A stretch of 64,000 nucleotides of DNA from Trueperaceae bacterium (lineage in GTDB: Bacteria > Deinococcota > Deinococci > Deinococcales > Trueperaceae): positions 1,792,001-1,856,000 of the forward strand of contig OZ243927.1 of assembly GCA_965213925.1 (NCBI GenBank), in the 5' to 3' direction. Under the pieces are notes generated by a model. The model was not told the DNA's origin and made no database searches. It was given only the letters and a program-made list of their open reading frames with translations. Shown piece after piece: positions 39,301-48,984 of the stretch (position 1 is its first letter; each line of letters starts with the position of its first letter). Position numbers and translations under genes: made by a program.

Positions 39301-40134
39301 ATGAAAAACGTCATCAGCGCAAAAGACCTCCAAGACCGACTAGACGACGTCAACCTCGTCGTCGTGGACACCCGCTTCAACCTCCAAGACCCGTCGGAAG
39401 GACACGAGCGTTTCAAAGACGCGCACATTCCCGGCGCGGTCTATTTCGACCTGGACAAAGACCTCTCCGCGCCACCCAAAGCGCACGGCGGGCGGCATCC
39501 ACTCCCTGAAACCGAGGGGTTCGTGCGGAAGCTCGAGCTTTCCGGCATCGGTAACGACACATCCGTTATCGTCTATGACGACTCTCTGAACGTCTTCGCC
39601 GGGCGCATGTGGTGGCTGCTCAGATATTTAGGACACGAGGATGTCAAGGTTTTAGACGGCGGGTTCTCGGCGTGGCAGCAGGCAGGGCTAGGGACGACCG
39701 CCGAACTCCCACACCGCGAAGCTGCGATGTTCACGCCGCACCCAAACTCCAAAATGGTCGTAGATATCGAAGAGGTGAAAAAGAAGCTGAACGACCCGAA
39801 TACGGTTCTGATCGACGCCAGAGGCGCAGACCGTTACCGCGGCGACGTTGAGCCGATGGACAAAAAAGCCGGGCACATCCCCTCGGCGCGGAACCTGCAC
39901 TACGCCGGGAACTACGAAAACGGCAAGTTCAAGGACGAGGGCACACTTGAAGAGCGCTTTACAGAGGCGAGAGGAGCCGAAGAGGTCATCGTCTACTGCG
40001 GTTCGGGAGTGAGCGCGGCGAACAACCTCTTGGCGCTCGAAGAGGTCGGTGTGGAGGGCGCGAAGCTCTACGTAGGGTCGTGGAGTGACTGGAGTTCGTA
40101 TGAGGATACGCCCGTCGCTGTAGGCGAGGACTGA
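39301..40134 (+). CDS. Two-domain rhodanese sulfurtransferase (SseA-like)
   Basis: HIPGAVYFD, GRHPLP, YCGSGVSA, YVGSWSDW. Confidence 0.93.
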   Translation: MKNVISAKDLQDRLDDVNLVVVDTRFNLQDPSEGHERFKDAHIPGAVYFDLDKDLSAPPKAHGGRHPLPETEGFVRKLELSGIGNDTSVIVYDDSLNVFAGRMWWLLRYLGHEDVKVLDGGFSAWQQAGLGTTAELPHREAAMFTPHPNSKMVVDIEEVKKKLNDPNTVLIDARGADRYRGDVEPMDKKAGHIPSARNLHYAGNYENGKFKDEGTLEERFTEARGAEEVIVYCGSGVSAANNLLALEEVGVEGAKLYVGSWSDWSSYEDTPVAVGED

Positions 40135-40135
40135 A

Positions 40136-40230
40136 GACGCGGCCGAGTTGGGAGAAGTCGCCGATTTTGAACACGTCTGACCTCCACGTCTATTGTCTTA
40201 GCTTAGACTCCAACACCGCGTAAGGGTCAA
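40136..40230 (-). pseudogene. MerR-family regulator 5' remnant with an intact MerR-type promoter
   Basis: GGAGG RBS, GTG-FKIGDFSQLGRV, then truncated; TTGACC-19 nt-TAAGCT. Confidence 0.7.
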
Positions 40231-40294
40231 GGGTCGGAAGGCTCGATGAAGAAGTGCTGAAAAGACGCTGAACCTCTGCATGCTAAGATTCGTT

Positions 40295-40936
40295 ATGAAA
40301 AAACTGAGTCATCTGGCTTGCGCCCTAGGTCTTTTGCTTACGCTGCAAAGCTGTGGATTCTTTCAGAGTTCCGTCACCAAAACAGTTGTAATCGAAAGCT
40401 ACCAAACGCAGTGCACGACGTCTTACCCTTTTTTACAAACACTTTGTCTGGTGATGATAGAGCCAAGTGGAGAAGAGCAAGCAGTCGTAGGAATCGGCGA
40501 CTTCGAGTACGAATGGGGCTACACTTACGAACTGGTTATCAAGGAAACGAAACCTGATCCGGACTTGCAAGATGCACCTGCGCTTTTTCGCGACCTCGTC
40601 GAAGTTGTATCGAAAGAGAGGGTTGCGCCTGGTACAACTTTCGAGACGCGCCTTGAGACCGTTCTCCCTGTCAGAGACATCGGCGAAGGGATGAGCCGTC
40701 AAATCATTACTCGAGAAGCGCCCGACCTCTTCGCCTTTTTTAAGGGAATTTACTCATACGAAGACGCCGATTTCGGACGAGAGTTTACGTGTGAGCCCGC
40801 GCTCTGCGAGGAGATGAGCGACTTGGTGGGACAAGAACTCGAGCTAACTCTCAGGTTCGCCCATCCCGAAACCCCGAATCAGCCTCTTGTCTTAGAGCAA
40901 ATTGTCAGCACCGAGGCGTTGCCCGACTGGTATTAG
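40295..40936 (+). CDS. DUF4377-like lipoprotein
   Basis: Lipobox LQSC; IGDFEYEWGYTYEL...QDAP...LVEVVSK. Confidence 0.75.
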   Translation: MKKLSHLACALGLLLTLQSCGFFQSSVTKTVVIESYQTQCTTSYPFLQTLCLVMIEPSGEEQAVVGIGDFEYEWGYTYELVIKETKPDPDLQDAPALFRDLVEVVSKERVAPGTTFETRLETVLPVRDIGEGMSRQIITREAPDLFAFFKGIYSYEDADFGREFTCEPALCEEMSDLVGQELELTLRFAHPETPNQPLVLEQIVSTEALPDWY

Positions 40937-41607
40937 TCCTCAGTGATTCCGACGCTCTCTTTCAGCGCTGCAATATTCTCCTGCACACTGTCCATCCCAC
41001 TAAATATCGCGCTGCCCGCCACGAGCACCGACGCGCCCGCGTTGGCGACCCTGGGCGCGGTGCTCTTGTCGATGCCGCCGTCCACCTCTAGCTCACAGTT
41101 AGGGTTGATTTCGTCAATCCAACCTCTTACCGTGCGCAGCCTGCGGATCGTCGCTTCGATAAACTTCTGTCCGCCGAAGCCGGGGTTGACGCTCATGACG
41201 AGTGCTAGGTCGAGGTAGGGCAAGGCTTCTTTCACAATCTCTAAAGGCGTCACCGGATTGACCGCCAGACCTGCGCGCGTGCCCGACTCGCGCACGACTT
41301 GCAGGGCGCGGTGGACGTGCGGTGTGGCTTCGGCGTGGAGGGTGAGGATGTCTGCGCCAGCCTCCGCAAAAGTTTCCAAGTAGCGTTCGGGGTCTGAAAT
41401 CATCAGGTGAACGTCTAAAGGAAGTTTCGTTACGCGCTTGCAGGCTTGTACGATCAGGGGTCCGATGGTGATGTTTGGAACGAAGTGGCCGTCCATCACG
41501 TCGATGTGGATGTAGTCAGCCCCGGCTTCCTCGGCGGCTTTGACCTGTTCGCCTAAGCGCGAGAAGTCGGCGGCGAGGATCGAGGGGGCGATTTTGGGAG
41601 TGTTCAC
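40933..41607 (-). CDS. rpe: Ribulose-phosphate 3-epimerase
   Basis: IAPSILAADF, HIDVMDGHFVPN, MSVNPGFGGQ, EVDGG. Confidence 0.97.
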   Translation of the reverse strand: MNTPKIAPSILAADFSRLGEQVKAAEEAGADYIHIDVMDGHFVPNITIGPLIVQACKRVTKLPLDVHLMISDPERYLETFAEAGADILTLHAEATPHVHRALQVVRESGTRAGLAVNPVTPLEIVKEALPYLDLALVMSVNPGFGGQKFIEATIRRLRTVRGWIDEINPNCELEVDGGIDKSTAPRVANAGASVLVAGSAIFSGMDSVQENIAALKESVGITED

Positions 41608-41900
41608 AGCGCAGAGTATAGCAGGGGCGCGGAGGGAGAGGTGTGTGGGGTTTGGGGAACGGAACAGTCGGAATCTGTTAGAGGTGAAGGTTTGACTCGA
41701 GCCCCAACCCCCATAAGGCTTCTGCCGACGCCCCACCCCGCAATTCAAACTGCTTGACCCTACCCCACGAGACCTCGAAGTCGGGCGCTTTGCCGAGCGA
41801 GAATCAACTACCGTGGCGGTGATGAGGTTATTTTCAAGCTCGAGCCTCCTTGAACACATCTCGAGCCGTGTGAGCGCCGATCAGGGTTGGCGTTACCCTT

Positions 41901-43046
41901 TTAAGGAGTGGTCTGCGCACGCTCTCGCTGCAAGGGTTGTACTCCGCCATACGTTAGGCTGCGCCACACCCATTCCGCCGGACCGAAGCGGTAGCGTTTT
42001 AGCCACCACCTGCTGAAAACGACCTGAAAGGCGAAAATCGCTAAGCTAATGGGAAGGGTGGCGGCTGCGCCTAGCTCGCCGTAGAGCCCGAACGCATAGG
42101 GATAGAAGAGCGTCGTGCAGATGAGAGACTGTCCAAGGTAGTTGCTCAGCGCCATCTGCCCGACGGGGGCGAAGGGTTTGAGAAAGCCCCTCGGGGCGAA
42201 GAGGGACAGACCCGCGAGGTAAGCAAAACCTAGTAGCGGACCGGCGAAGATAAACTCGAGCGCGTACATCCACCCCTCGCCTTGGAAGAGGGGGACGGCA
42301 CCTAAAAACCAGAGTGTGAAGGGCGCAGCGAGCAGGGTGCACGTCAGCGCGACGCGCCGCAAAAAGCGCCTGTTCTCCAGCACCTCTCGCACGCCCCTGC
42401 GTCCGACAAAGTAGCCCACCAAAAAGAGCGCGAGCACCGCCGGACCGATCAAAAAGAGGTTGAGGAGTTCTAAGGGGAGGACCGCGAGCCGCCCTACCAA
42501 GTTGGAGAGGTAGGTCTCGCCGCTCGGCGCGAGGAAGTCGCTGGGTTTGGGTTCCGGGATCAAGAACGCGCCGTTAAAAACATAGAGCGTGAGGGTAAAG
42601 AGCCACATGAAAAGCGCGGAGACGAGGAGCGTGCGCTCTTTCTTGTTGCGAAAGAGAACGAGCACAAAGCCCAAGACCGCGTAGGTCAAGAGGATGTCCC
42701 CCGCCCAGAGCAGCAGCAGATGTAGAAAACCGGTGCCGAGTAGAACGGCTAGACGCCGCCGAAAGGTCGGCAGCATCCTGTCACCTTTGCGCAGCTGCAG
42801 CGCGAAACCGAGCCCGAACAAAAAGGAGAACATCGGATAGAAGGTGCCCTCGGCGAAGGCGCGGATGAACGTGGCGACGGCCTCATCCGCGCCAGTTCTC
42901 ACGAACGAGTAGCCTTGCAGCATGTTGGTAACGAGTACGCCCAAGAGCGCGAAGCCGCGCAGGGCGTCTAGGGTGGCGATGCGCGCGTTCTGCGGCGTCG
43001 GCGCAGCGGAGGTAGAGGCGGGTGCTTTTGGAGGGGGAGTGCTCAT
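41901..43046 (-). CDS. DUF418/YeiB family membrane protein
   Basis: LDALRGFALLG, FSFLFGLGF, GQMALSNYLGQS, GPAEWVWRSLTY. Confidence 0.9.
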   Translation of the reverse strand: MSTPPPKAPASTSAAPTPQNARIATLDALRGFALLGVLVTNMLQGYSFVRTGADEAVATFIRAFAEGTFYPMFSFLFGLGFALQLRKGDRMLPTFRRRLAVLLGTGFLHLLLLWAGDILLTYAVLGFVLVLFRNKKERTLLVSALFMWLFTLTLYVFNGAFLIPEPKPSDFLAPSGETYLSNLVGRLAVLPLELLNLFLIGPAVLALFLVGYFVGRRGVREVLENRRFLRRVALTCTLLAAPFTLWFLGAVPLFQGEGWMYALEFIFAGPLLGFAYLAGLSLFAPRGFLKPFAPVGQMALSNYLGQSLICTTLFYPYAFGLYGELGAAATLPISLAIFAFQVVFSRWWLKRYRFGPAEWVWRSLTYGGVQPLQRERAQTTP

Positions 43047-43242
43047 GAACGCGCGCCGTTCGCGCCCACCTTACTTAAATCCATAACGCCTACGCGGATG
43101 GGCTGACCCTGCTGTGGTAACAGAAACTGAGCGCTCGAGGAGGCTCGAGAAGACGTTCACGGCGTTCATACCGCTATCCTTCCCCTCCGTTTTCTGAGTT
43201 TGATGAAGTCTGGGGGGGCGCTCTCTAGCGCCGCGCGCCGCG

Positions 43243-44757
43243 TTACTGCGCGGGCACCGCTCGCTCCCGCGCCCACGCCCTAAGCTCGGCGAGTTTTTCT
43301 GCGTACGTTTGAGATAAGGGTCGCGTCAACGCTACTTCACTGAGGAGCGTCTCGGTCGAGAGGTCGGTTCCTGCAGAGAATGCCGTGTAGAGCCCCGCGA
43401 CGATCGCCCCTTCGATCTCCGCGCCGCTAAAGCCCTCGGTACACGCGGCGAGCTTGTCCAGGTCGAAGGTGCGCGGGTTGCGCCCCCGTTTCGAAAGGTG
43501 AAGCTCCAGAATCGCCCGCCGCGCTGCCAGGTCGGGCAGGTCCACGAAGAAAATCTCATCGAAGCGCCCCTTGCGCACCAGCTCGGGCGGCAGTTTGGTG
43601 ATGTCGTTCGCGGTCGCGACGACGAAGACCTCGCCTTTGCGCTCTTGGAGCCACGCGAGAAAGCTCCCCAACACGCGTCCCGACGCGCCCCCGTCCATGT
43701 CGCCCGCACCTTGTCCTGTTGCGGCGAACGCTTTCTCAATCTCGTCGATCCAGAGGACGATAGGCGACATCTTCTCCGCCGTAGCGGTTGCCCGCGCCAA
43801 ATTCTTCTCGGTTTCGCCAATGTATTTGTCGTACATCTTGGCGGGGTCCATCTTGAGAAGGGGCAAGTTCCAACTCGAGGCGACCATTTTGGCGCACAAG
43901 CTTTTACCGCAACCCTGAACGCCTAACAGCAATACCCCTTTAGGAAAGGTGAGCCCGAATTCGGCGGCGCGTTCGGGCTCTAGGAGGATTTTGCGCCGCT
44001 TTTCTAGCCAGGTTTTGAGCCCGCCCAAGCCCGCAAGCTCCCCCGCGTTTTCCTCAATGGGATAGTACTCCAAGAGCCCGTCTCGCCCGACGATCGTCTG
44101 CTTCGCCAAAATTACCCGTTCGATATCGGCGGGGCTCAACATGTTGTCCTCGACCATCACCTTCGTGAGCACCTTTTCCGCCTCTAAGAGCGTCAAGCCC
44201 TTGAGGTGACTCACGAGCTGGTCGAGTTCTCTTTGCGTCAGGTGCACCTCGACGTGGATTTGCTTTTTGAGGTCGCGGTAGACGTGCGTGATGAGGTCGC
44301 GGTATTCGCCCGGGTTAGGGAGCGGCAGGGACAAGGTCGCGCTCATCTCTTTAAGGGGAGTGGGAACCTCTAGGTCTGCGCCCGTGACGATAACGGCTCC
44401 GCCCCGGCTCGAGAACGGCCACGCCGCGTCTTTAAGCTTCGTGGCGACCACGCGGTCCTCTAAGTCCGAGCCCAAACCCTGGAAGTTGTAGAGCGCCGAG
44501 CGCTGCAAACGTTCGACTTCGCTCAAAGCGGCGACGGGCGTGAGGGTGTCGCGCGACGTCGCGAGCTGAAAGGGTTCGCGCAACCCCTTTGTGCGCGTCC
44601 AGGTGTAGAAAGGCAGGCGCAAGCGCTCCGCGAGCTGAGCGAGCAGGGTCTCGGCGCGACCTTTTTCGGCGGTCTCTAAGAAGATGAGCGGATAGCGCGA
44701 GCGCACGAGCAGCTCTAAGTCGCTTAAAAAGGTGCTTTTGGGCGTTTGGGTCCTCAC
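43243..44757 (-). CDS. AAA+ ATPase (Ycf46-like)
   Basis: GVQGCGKS, WIDEIEK, ATAN...LPPELVRKGRFDEIFFVDLP. Confidence 0.92.
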   Translation of the reverse strand: MRTQTPKSTFLSDLELLVRSRYPLIFLETAEKGRAETLLAQLAERLRLPFYTWTRTKGLREPFQLATSRDTLTPVAALSEVERLQRSALYNFQGLGSDLEDRVVATKLKDAAWPFSSRGGAVIVTGADLEVPTPLKEMSATLSLPLPNPGEYRDLITHVYRDLKKQIHVEVHLTQRELDQLVSHLKGLTLLEAEKVLTKVMVEDNMLSPADIERVILAKQTIVGRDGLLEYYPIEENAGELAGLGGLKTWLEKRRKILLEPERAAEFGLTFPKGVLLLGVQGCGKSLCAKMVASSWNLPLLKMDPAKMYDKYIGETEKNLARATATAEKMSPIVLWIDEIEKAFAATGQGAGDMDGGASGRVLGSFLAWLQERKGEVFVVATANDITKLPPELVRKGRFDEIFFVDLPDLAARRAILELHLSKRGRNPRTFDLDKLAACTEGFSGAEIEGAIVAGLYTAFSAGTDLSTETLLSEVALTRPLSQTYAEKLAELRAWARERAVPAQ

Positions 44758-44902
44758 ACCTAAAGTAAAGCACTTCGCCGCGGCGAACGCGGTGGAATAG
44801 TTCTCCGAATTCGTAGTGCGTCTCATACGGATTCCGATCGATTCGTTATTTTCTTACGACACACAACTACGCGCTACTCGTCCGTCAGATAGAGTGAAAC
44901 CC

Positions 44903-45745
44903 ATGCCCGAACTTCCCGAAGTCGAAACCGTCCGCCGCGAGTTGGAGCCTTGGCTAAGAGGTCGGCGGATTAGAGAGGTCGCGCTCGTAGACGCCGCGCC
45001 CGGACCGAAGTACGAGAATTTGCTCAGCGCGGCTGGCAGGGAAATCTTAGGTGTAACGCGGCGCGGAAAGTTCTTGATTTTGCCCCTTTCAGGCGGGCAA
45101 GACCTCATCATTCACTTGGGCATGACGGGCATCGTCACGCCGCGTGAGCCGGAGAAGCATGTGCGGGTCAGGCTCGAGCTTGAGGACGCGCCCACGCTTT
45201 ACTTTCAAGATGTGCGCCGCTTCGGTCGTTTCTTGGTCGTTCCTTCGGGTGATTATTCGACACTACCCACCCTGCACCAGATGGGACCAGAGCCCCTCAG
45301 CGACGACTTCAATAAGGAGCAGTTCGCCAAAGCGTTAGAAAGGTCCGTCACGCCTATTAAAACCTACTTGCTCAGCCAGAAGCCCGTCTCGGGCGTCGGT
45401 AACATCTACGCCGACGAAGCCCTGTGGGGCGCGAAAATTCATCCGCTCACGCCTGCGAATAAAGTTCCCAAGCGCCAAATTCCCCTCCTTGTGGTGATGA
45501 TCAAGGACGTGCTCGAGGCGTCCATCCGCGTGCAAGGCACGACCTTGCGCGACTACCGCACCACCAATGGAGAGGTCGGCGCGTACCTAGACGAACTCAG
45601 AGCTTACGGACAAGAGGAAACCCCCTGCACCCGCTGCGGCACGCCCATTTCTAAAATCGTCGTGGGCGGAAGAGGGACGCACTTCTGCCCAAACTGCCAA
45701 AAGCTCCCCCGTAGAAAATCTTCCAGAAAGAAAGAGACCGCATGA
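44903..45745 (+). CDS. mutM: Formamidopyrimidine-DNA glycosylase
   Basis: PELPEVE N-terminus, HLGMTG, GVGNIYADE, C-terminal CxxC..CPNCQ. Confidence 0.97.
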   Translation: MPELPEVETVRRELEPWLRGRRIREVALVDAAPGPKYENLLSAAGREILGVTRRGKFLILPLSGGQDLIIHLGMTGIVTPREPEKHVRVRLELEDAPTLYFQDVRRFGRFLVVPSGDYSTLPTLHQMGPEPLSDDFNKEQFAKALERSVTPIKTYLLSQKPVSGVGNIYADEALWGAKIHPLTPANKVPKRQIPLLVVMIKDVLEASIRVQGTTLRDYRTTNGEVGAYLDELRAYGQEETPCTRCGTPISKIVVGGRGTHFCPNCQKLPRRKSSRKKETA

Positions 45746-46149
45746 GCCAAGCGTTTCGCACCTCTCACCGTACCGACATCCAAGTCCGCTTCAACGACAC
45801 CGACGCGCTCGGGCACCTCAACAACACCTCGTTCGCGCTCTACGCCGAGTATGCGCGGGTCGAATTTTTAGACAACTTGCGTACAGGCGACGTGTACCTC
45901 ATCTTGGCGCACCTCTCCTTGGACTTCGTCAAGCAGGTCAAGTTTCGCGAAGAGGTCTACTTGACGACGCAGGTGGCGAAGATGGGGAATTCGAGCGTGA
46001 CCCTTCACCAAGAGGTCTACGCGAACGGCGAGGTCGCCGCTAAGATTCGTTCCGTCGTGGTTCTTTTCGACTACGGCACGCAGAAGAGCGTGCGCCTCTC
46101 CGACGAGGTGAGAGAGCAGCTCCGCACCTACTTGCTCACAGAGGCTTGA
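45742..46149 (+). CDS. 4HBT-like acyl-CoA thioesterase
   Basis: VRFNDTDALGHLNN. Confidence 0.9.
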   Translation: MSQAFRTSHRTDIQVRFNDTDALGHLNNTSFALYAEYARVEFLDNLRTGDVYLILAHLSLDFVKQVKFREEVYLTTQVAKMGNSSVTLHQEVYANGEVAAKIRSVVVLFDYGTQKSVRLSDEVREQLRTYLLTEA

Positions 46150-46696
46150 CGCCCGTTTCCGTTACAAGGTGCGTCATGGGAACGTCGAAGAGGTCCTTCG
46201 GAAGCTTTGGGACAACGAGCGCGTCGGTAGTGACACCGATAAAAGGTGTATCTTTATGCAGTTTCGGCAGAAGGCGGTCGTAGTAGCCGCGCCCGTAGCC
46301 TAAACGTGTACCCCTTCGGTCGAAACACAGTCCCGGCACGAGGGCTAGGTCAACCTCTTGGGGGTCAACCCTTGAAGAGGTCGAGGCGGGCTGCAGGTAG
46401 CCGTAGGGGTGGGGCTCGAGCCCTCCATCTAGCCTATGCACCGTCAAATTTCGGTCCGTCTCCCAAGTACGCGTGACGTAAAAAATTTTTTCCTGCTCAG
46501 TGAGAGGCGCTAGGTCTATTTCTGAGCCGAACGCGAGATAGACTAGGATATGTTCAGCGTTCCCGAAAGGCGACCAAGAGGTCAAATGCTCGGTGACTTG
46601 CTGGCTGATCTCGCGGATATGAAGTTCTGAGCGAACCTCTTTCGCCCACGCGCGCCACACCTGCTTCGAATCGGTTGCGGTAGGTTGCAAAGCCAC
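46136..46696 (-). CDS. 5-formyltetrahydrofolate cyclo-ligase
   Basis: LVPGLCFDRRGTRLGYGRGYYDRLL. Confidence 0.92.
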   Translation of the reverse strand: MALQPTATDSKQVWRAWAKEVRSELHIREISQQVTEHLTSWSPFGNAEHILVYLAFGSEIDLAPLTEQEKIFYVTRTWETDRNLTVHRLDGGLEPHPYGYLQPASTSSRVDPQEVDLALVPGLCFDRRGTRLGYGRGYYDRLLPKLHKDTPFIGVTTDALVVPKLPKDLFDVPMTHLVTETGVKPL

Positions 46697-46767
46697 GAGA
46701 TAGAGTCTAACCGAAGCGTGTGCTCGTGCCAACATCTGTTCCGCGAGAGAGGCGCATACTAAACGTT

Positions 46768-47193
46768 ATGACAACGACTAAAAAAACAACCGTTTATCAT
46801 CTCGTGGATAAACGCTTTTTGGGCGAAACACCCGACAAGATGCAGGTCATGATCGACGGGGAAGACTACGCCCAGAGCGGAATGCGCCCGATGGAACTCC
46901 TTCTAAACGCCGTAGGCGCGTGCGCTGCGTATGACATCGTGGAGATGCTCAAAAAGCGGCGCTTGGAAATCAGAGATTATAAAATCGAGTTGGAGGGCGA
47001 ACGCGCCGACGGAACGCCTAAATACTATACGCATATCCGCGCTAAACACATCTTCGATGTTCCTGGCTTAGACCAAAAAACAGCGGAGCGCTTTGTAGAT
47101 TTGGGTATGAACAAGTACTGCTCGGTGGCGGCGAGCTTAAAGTCTGAGATTTCGTTTGAGGTCGTCTTAGAGCACGAAGCAGTATCAGCTTAG
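46768..47193 (+). CDS. OsmC family protein
   Basis: RPMELLLNAVGAC...KYCSVAASL. Confidence 0.9.
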   Translation: MTTTKKTTVYHLVDKRFLGETPDKMQVMIDGEDYAQSGMRPMELLLNAVGACAAYDIVEMLKKRRLEIRDYKIELEGERADGTPKYYTHIRAKHIFDVPGLDQKTAERFVDLGMNKYCSVAASLKSEISFEVVLEHEAVSA

Positions 47194-47328
47194 GTTTCCG
47201 AGTTTTACCGAAAGTCAGCCCCGAGACATCCGCACTAAACTCACCTCTCTAAAATACCCCCTATGGATATATCTCGAGAAAGTGTTAGAAGAGGTCATGA
47301 CGCTACTTAAACGAACCGAGAGGTCAGC

Positions 47329-47577
47329 ATGGTAAAAATCCACCGCCGCTACTACAACCTCACGCTCGCCGCGCTCATGAGCGGGCTGATGTCGCTGATC
47401 ATCGCGTTTGTGCTTACATTACTGAATGAGGGTCTAGGTGCAAGCTTTGTACCGATCTGGTTGCGCGGTTTCTTCGCATCCTGGGCGACCTCTTTGCCCG
47501 TTGCGGTTTTTGTATTGCCTTTAGTGCGCCGTTTGATCGAACCGCTTTTCGTAGATGTGCCTGCGCCACAACGTTAA
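47329..47577 (+). CDS. DUF2798 family membrane protein
   Basis: LMSGLMSLII...WLRGF.ASW...LPLVRRL. Confidence 0.8.
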   Translation: MVKIHRRYYNLTLAALMSGLMSLIIAFVLTLLNEGLGASFVPIWLRGFFASWATSLPVAVFVLPLVRRLIEPLFVDVPAPQR

Positions 47578-48296
47578 GCAAAACGAGAAACAATCCTTAA
47601 GATATCTTCAGGTCTCTCTACACCTGCGTCGGGCTGACTTCTGTCATCCGCCTCCGCGTCTATCTTCTGCCAAATCGTGCGCATTCCGAGCGCTTTGGCT
47701 GGGCGAACGTCTTTACGAAGACTGTCGCCAACCATCACAACTTTTTCAGCAGGGAGTTGCCACGCCTCTAAAACTGCCTTGAAAAGTTGAGGGCTGGGCT
47801 TACGAAAACCGAACTCCGCCGAGGTGATAAACGGCTCTAACATCTCGCGGACGCCGAGCTTCGTGACGATGCCATCGATAAGGTGATGCGAGCGGGTGTT
47901 AGAAATGACGGCGAGTTTGACCTGTGTTCGAAGCGTTCGGATAACCTCTACAATGTCCGGTAGCACAACGCTTCCCGCTATTTCCGGCGTGTAGAAGGCG
48001 TGCTCGAGCCTCCCCACCCCTCCCTCATCTAAACGAACACCGTGCTTCTTCGTAATCTCGACAAGCGCCTCTCTCGTCGTATTGATTTGCCGGAAGTCCT
48101 TACCCTCTTTGGGCGAGTGTCGCCGTAATGAGATTAAGTCGCGGGTAAACGCTTCGCCGTCTAGGTTGTATCCCCAACCTCTTAGCGTCAGCGCCGCCGC
48201 CCAAGCGTTCGCGCGCTCGAAATGCTCAAAGTTCGAATAGATAAGCGTGCCGCCCACATCAAAGATAACCCCTTCCACACTTTTGCCTGACTCCAT
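47574..48296 (-). CDS. HAD family hydrolase
   Basis: IFDVGGTL, ISN, RKP, MVGDSLRKD. Confidence 0.92.
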   Translation of the reverse strand: MESGKSVEGVIFDVGGTLIYSNFEHFERANAWAAALTLRGWGYNLDGEAFTRDLISLRRHSPKEGKDFRQINTTREALVEITKKHGVRLDEGGVGRLEHAFYTPEIAGSVVLPDIVEVIRTLRTQVKLAVISNTRSHHLIDGIVTKLGVREMLEPFITSAEFGFRKPSPQLFKAVLEAWQLPAEKVVMVGDSLRKDVRPAKALGMRTIWQKIDAEADDRSQPDAGVERPEDILRIVSRFA

Positions 48297-48327
48297 AGTG
48301 ATAGTTTAAGCGCGTGCAAGGTCCGCT

Positions 48328-48939
48328 GTGAACATCGTCCGAAAACCCGTCTCGCCCAACAACTACCGCGAAGGGCGAGGAGGGCAGCGCCCTGACCTTA
48401 TCGTCATCCACGTAACGCAGGGGGAGAAGGGGGCGGTTGCGAAATGGTTCAGCAGCCCTAGAGCCCAAGTGAGCGCCCACTACCTCGTAACGAAATTAGG
48501 TGAGGTTTGGCAGTTTGTGGATGAAGCGGACACCGCGTTTCATGCGGGTGATTATGACGTCAACTTGCGCTCGGTTGGACTCGAGCACGAAGGCGTCGGT
48601 CCGAACTACCGTCCGAACGAGGTGCAGTTAGAGGCGTCCGTTAGGTTAGCCGTGCAGATTTGCAAGCGGTGGAACTTAGAGCCGAACGGCGCAACGATTC
48701 AGCCGCACAGAGCGTTCCGGGCGACGCGCTGCCCGGCAGATTTTCCGGTGGAGAGGTATATCAGTATGGTCGAGCAAGAGGTGGGAGCCGAACAAGAGGT
48801 TGGCGAGACACAAAATAGAGAGGTGCGCATCTTCGACCCGCGCACGAACGAACCCATCGGCGTGGGAACGCTCGTGGCGGGCACGGATAAGGTCTACGTG
48901 AAAACGTTGCATATCGACTTCACATCTGACACCAAATAG
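48328..48939 (+). CDS. N-acetylmuramoyl-L-alanine amidase (Amidase_2)
   Basis: IVIHVT, SAHYLV, AFHAG, GLEHEG, PHR...CP. Confidence 0.9.
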   Translation: MNIVRKPVSPNNYREGRGGQRPDLIVIHVTQGEKGAVAKWFSSPRAQVSAHYLVTKLGEVWQFVDEADTAFHAGDYDVNLRSVGLEHEGVGPNYRPNEVQLEASVRLAVQICKRWNLEPNGATIQPHRAFRATRCPADFPVERYISMVEQEVGAEQEVGETQNREVRIFDPRTNEPIGVGTLVAGTDKVYVKTLHIDFTSDTK

Positions 48940-48984
48940 CGCCGCCCTTAAAGACTTCGGAAGAGGTTTTTGCTAGGCTAGCGT

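Noticed and set aside
41608..41859. Long N-terminal extensions in the ORF track (rpe, and similarly nadE, HIT, mutM, sensor kinase)
   Set aside because: Conserved N-termini, leaderless -10 boxes or gene overlaps point to downstream starts
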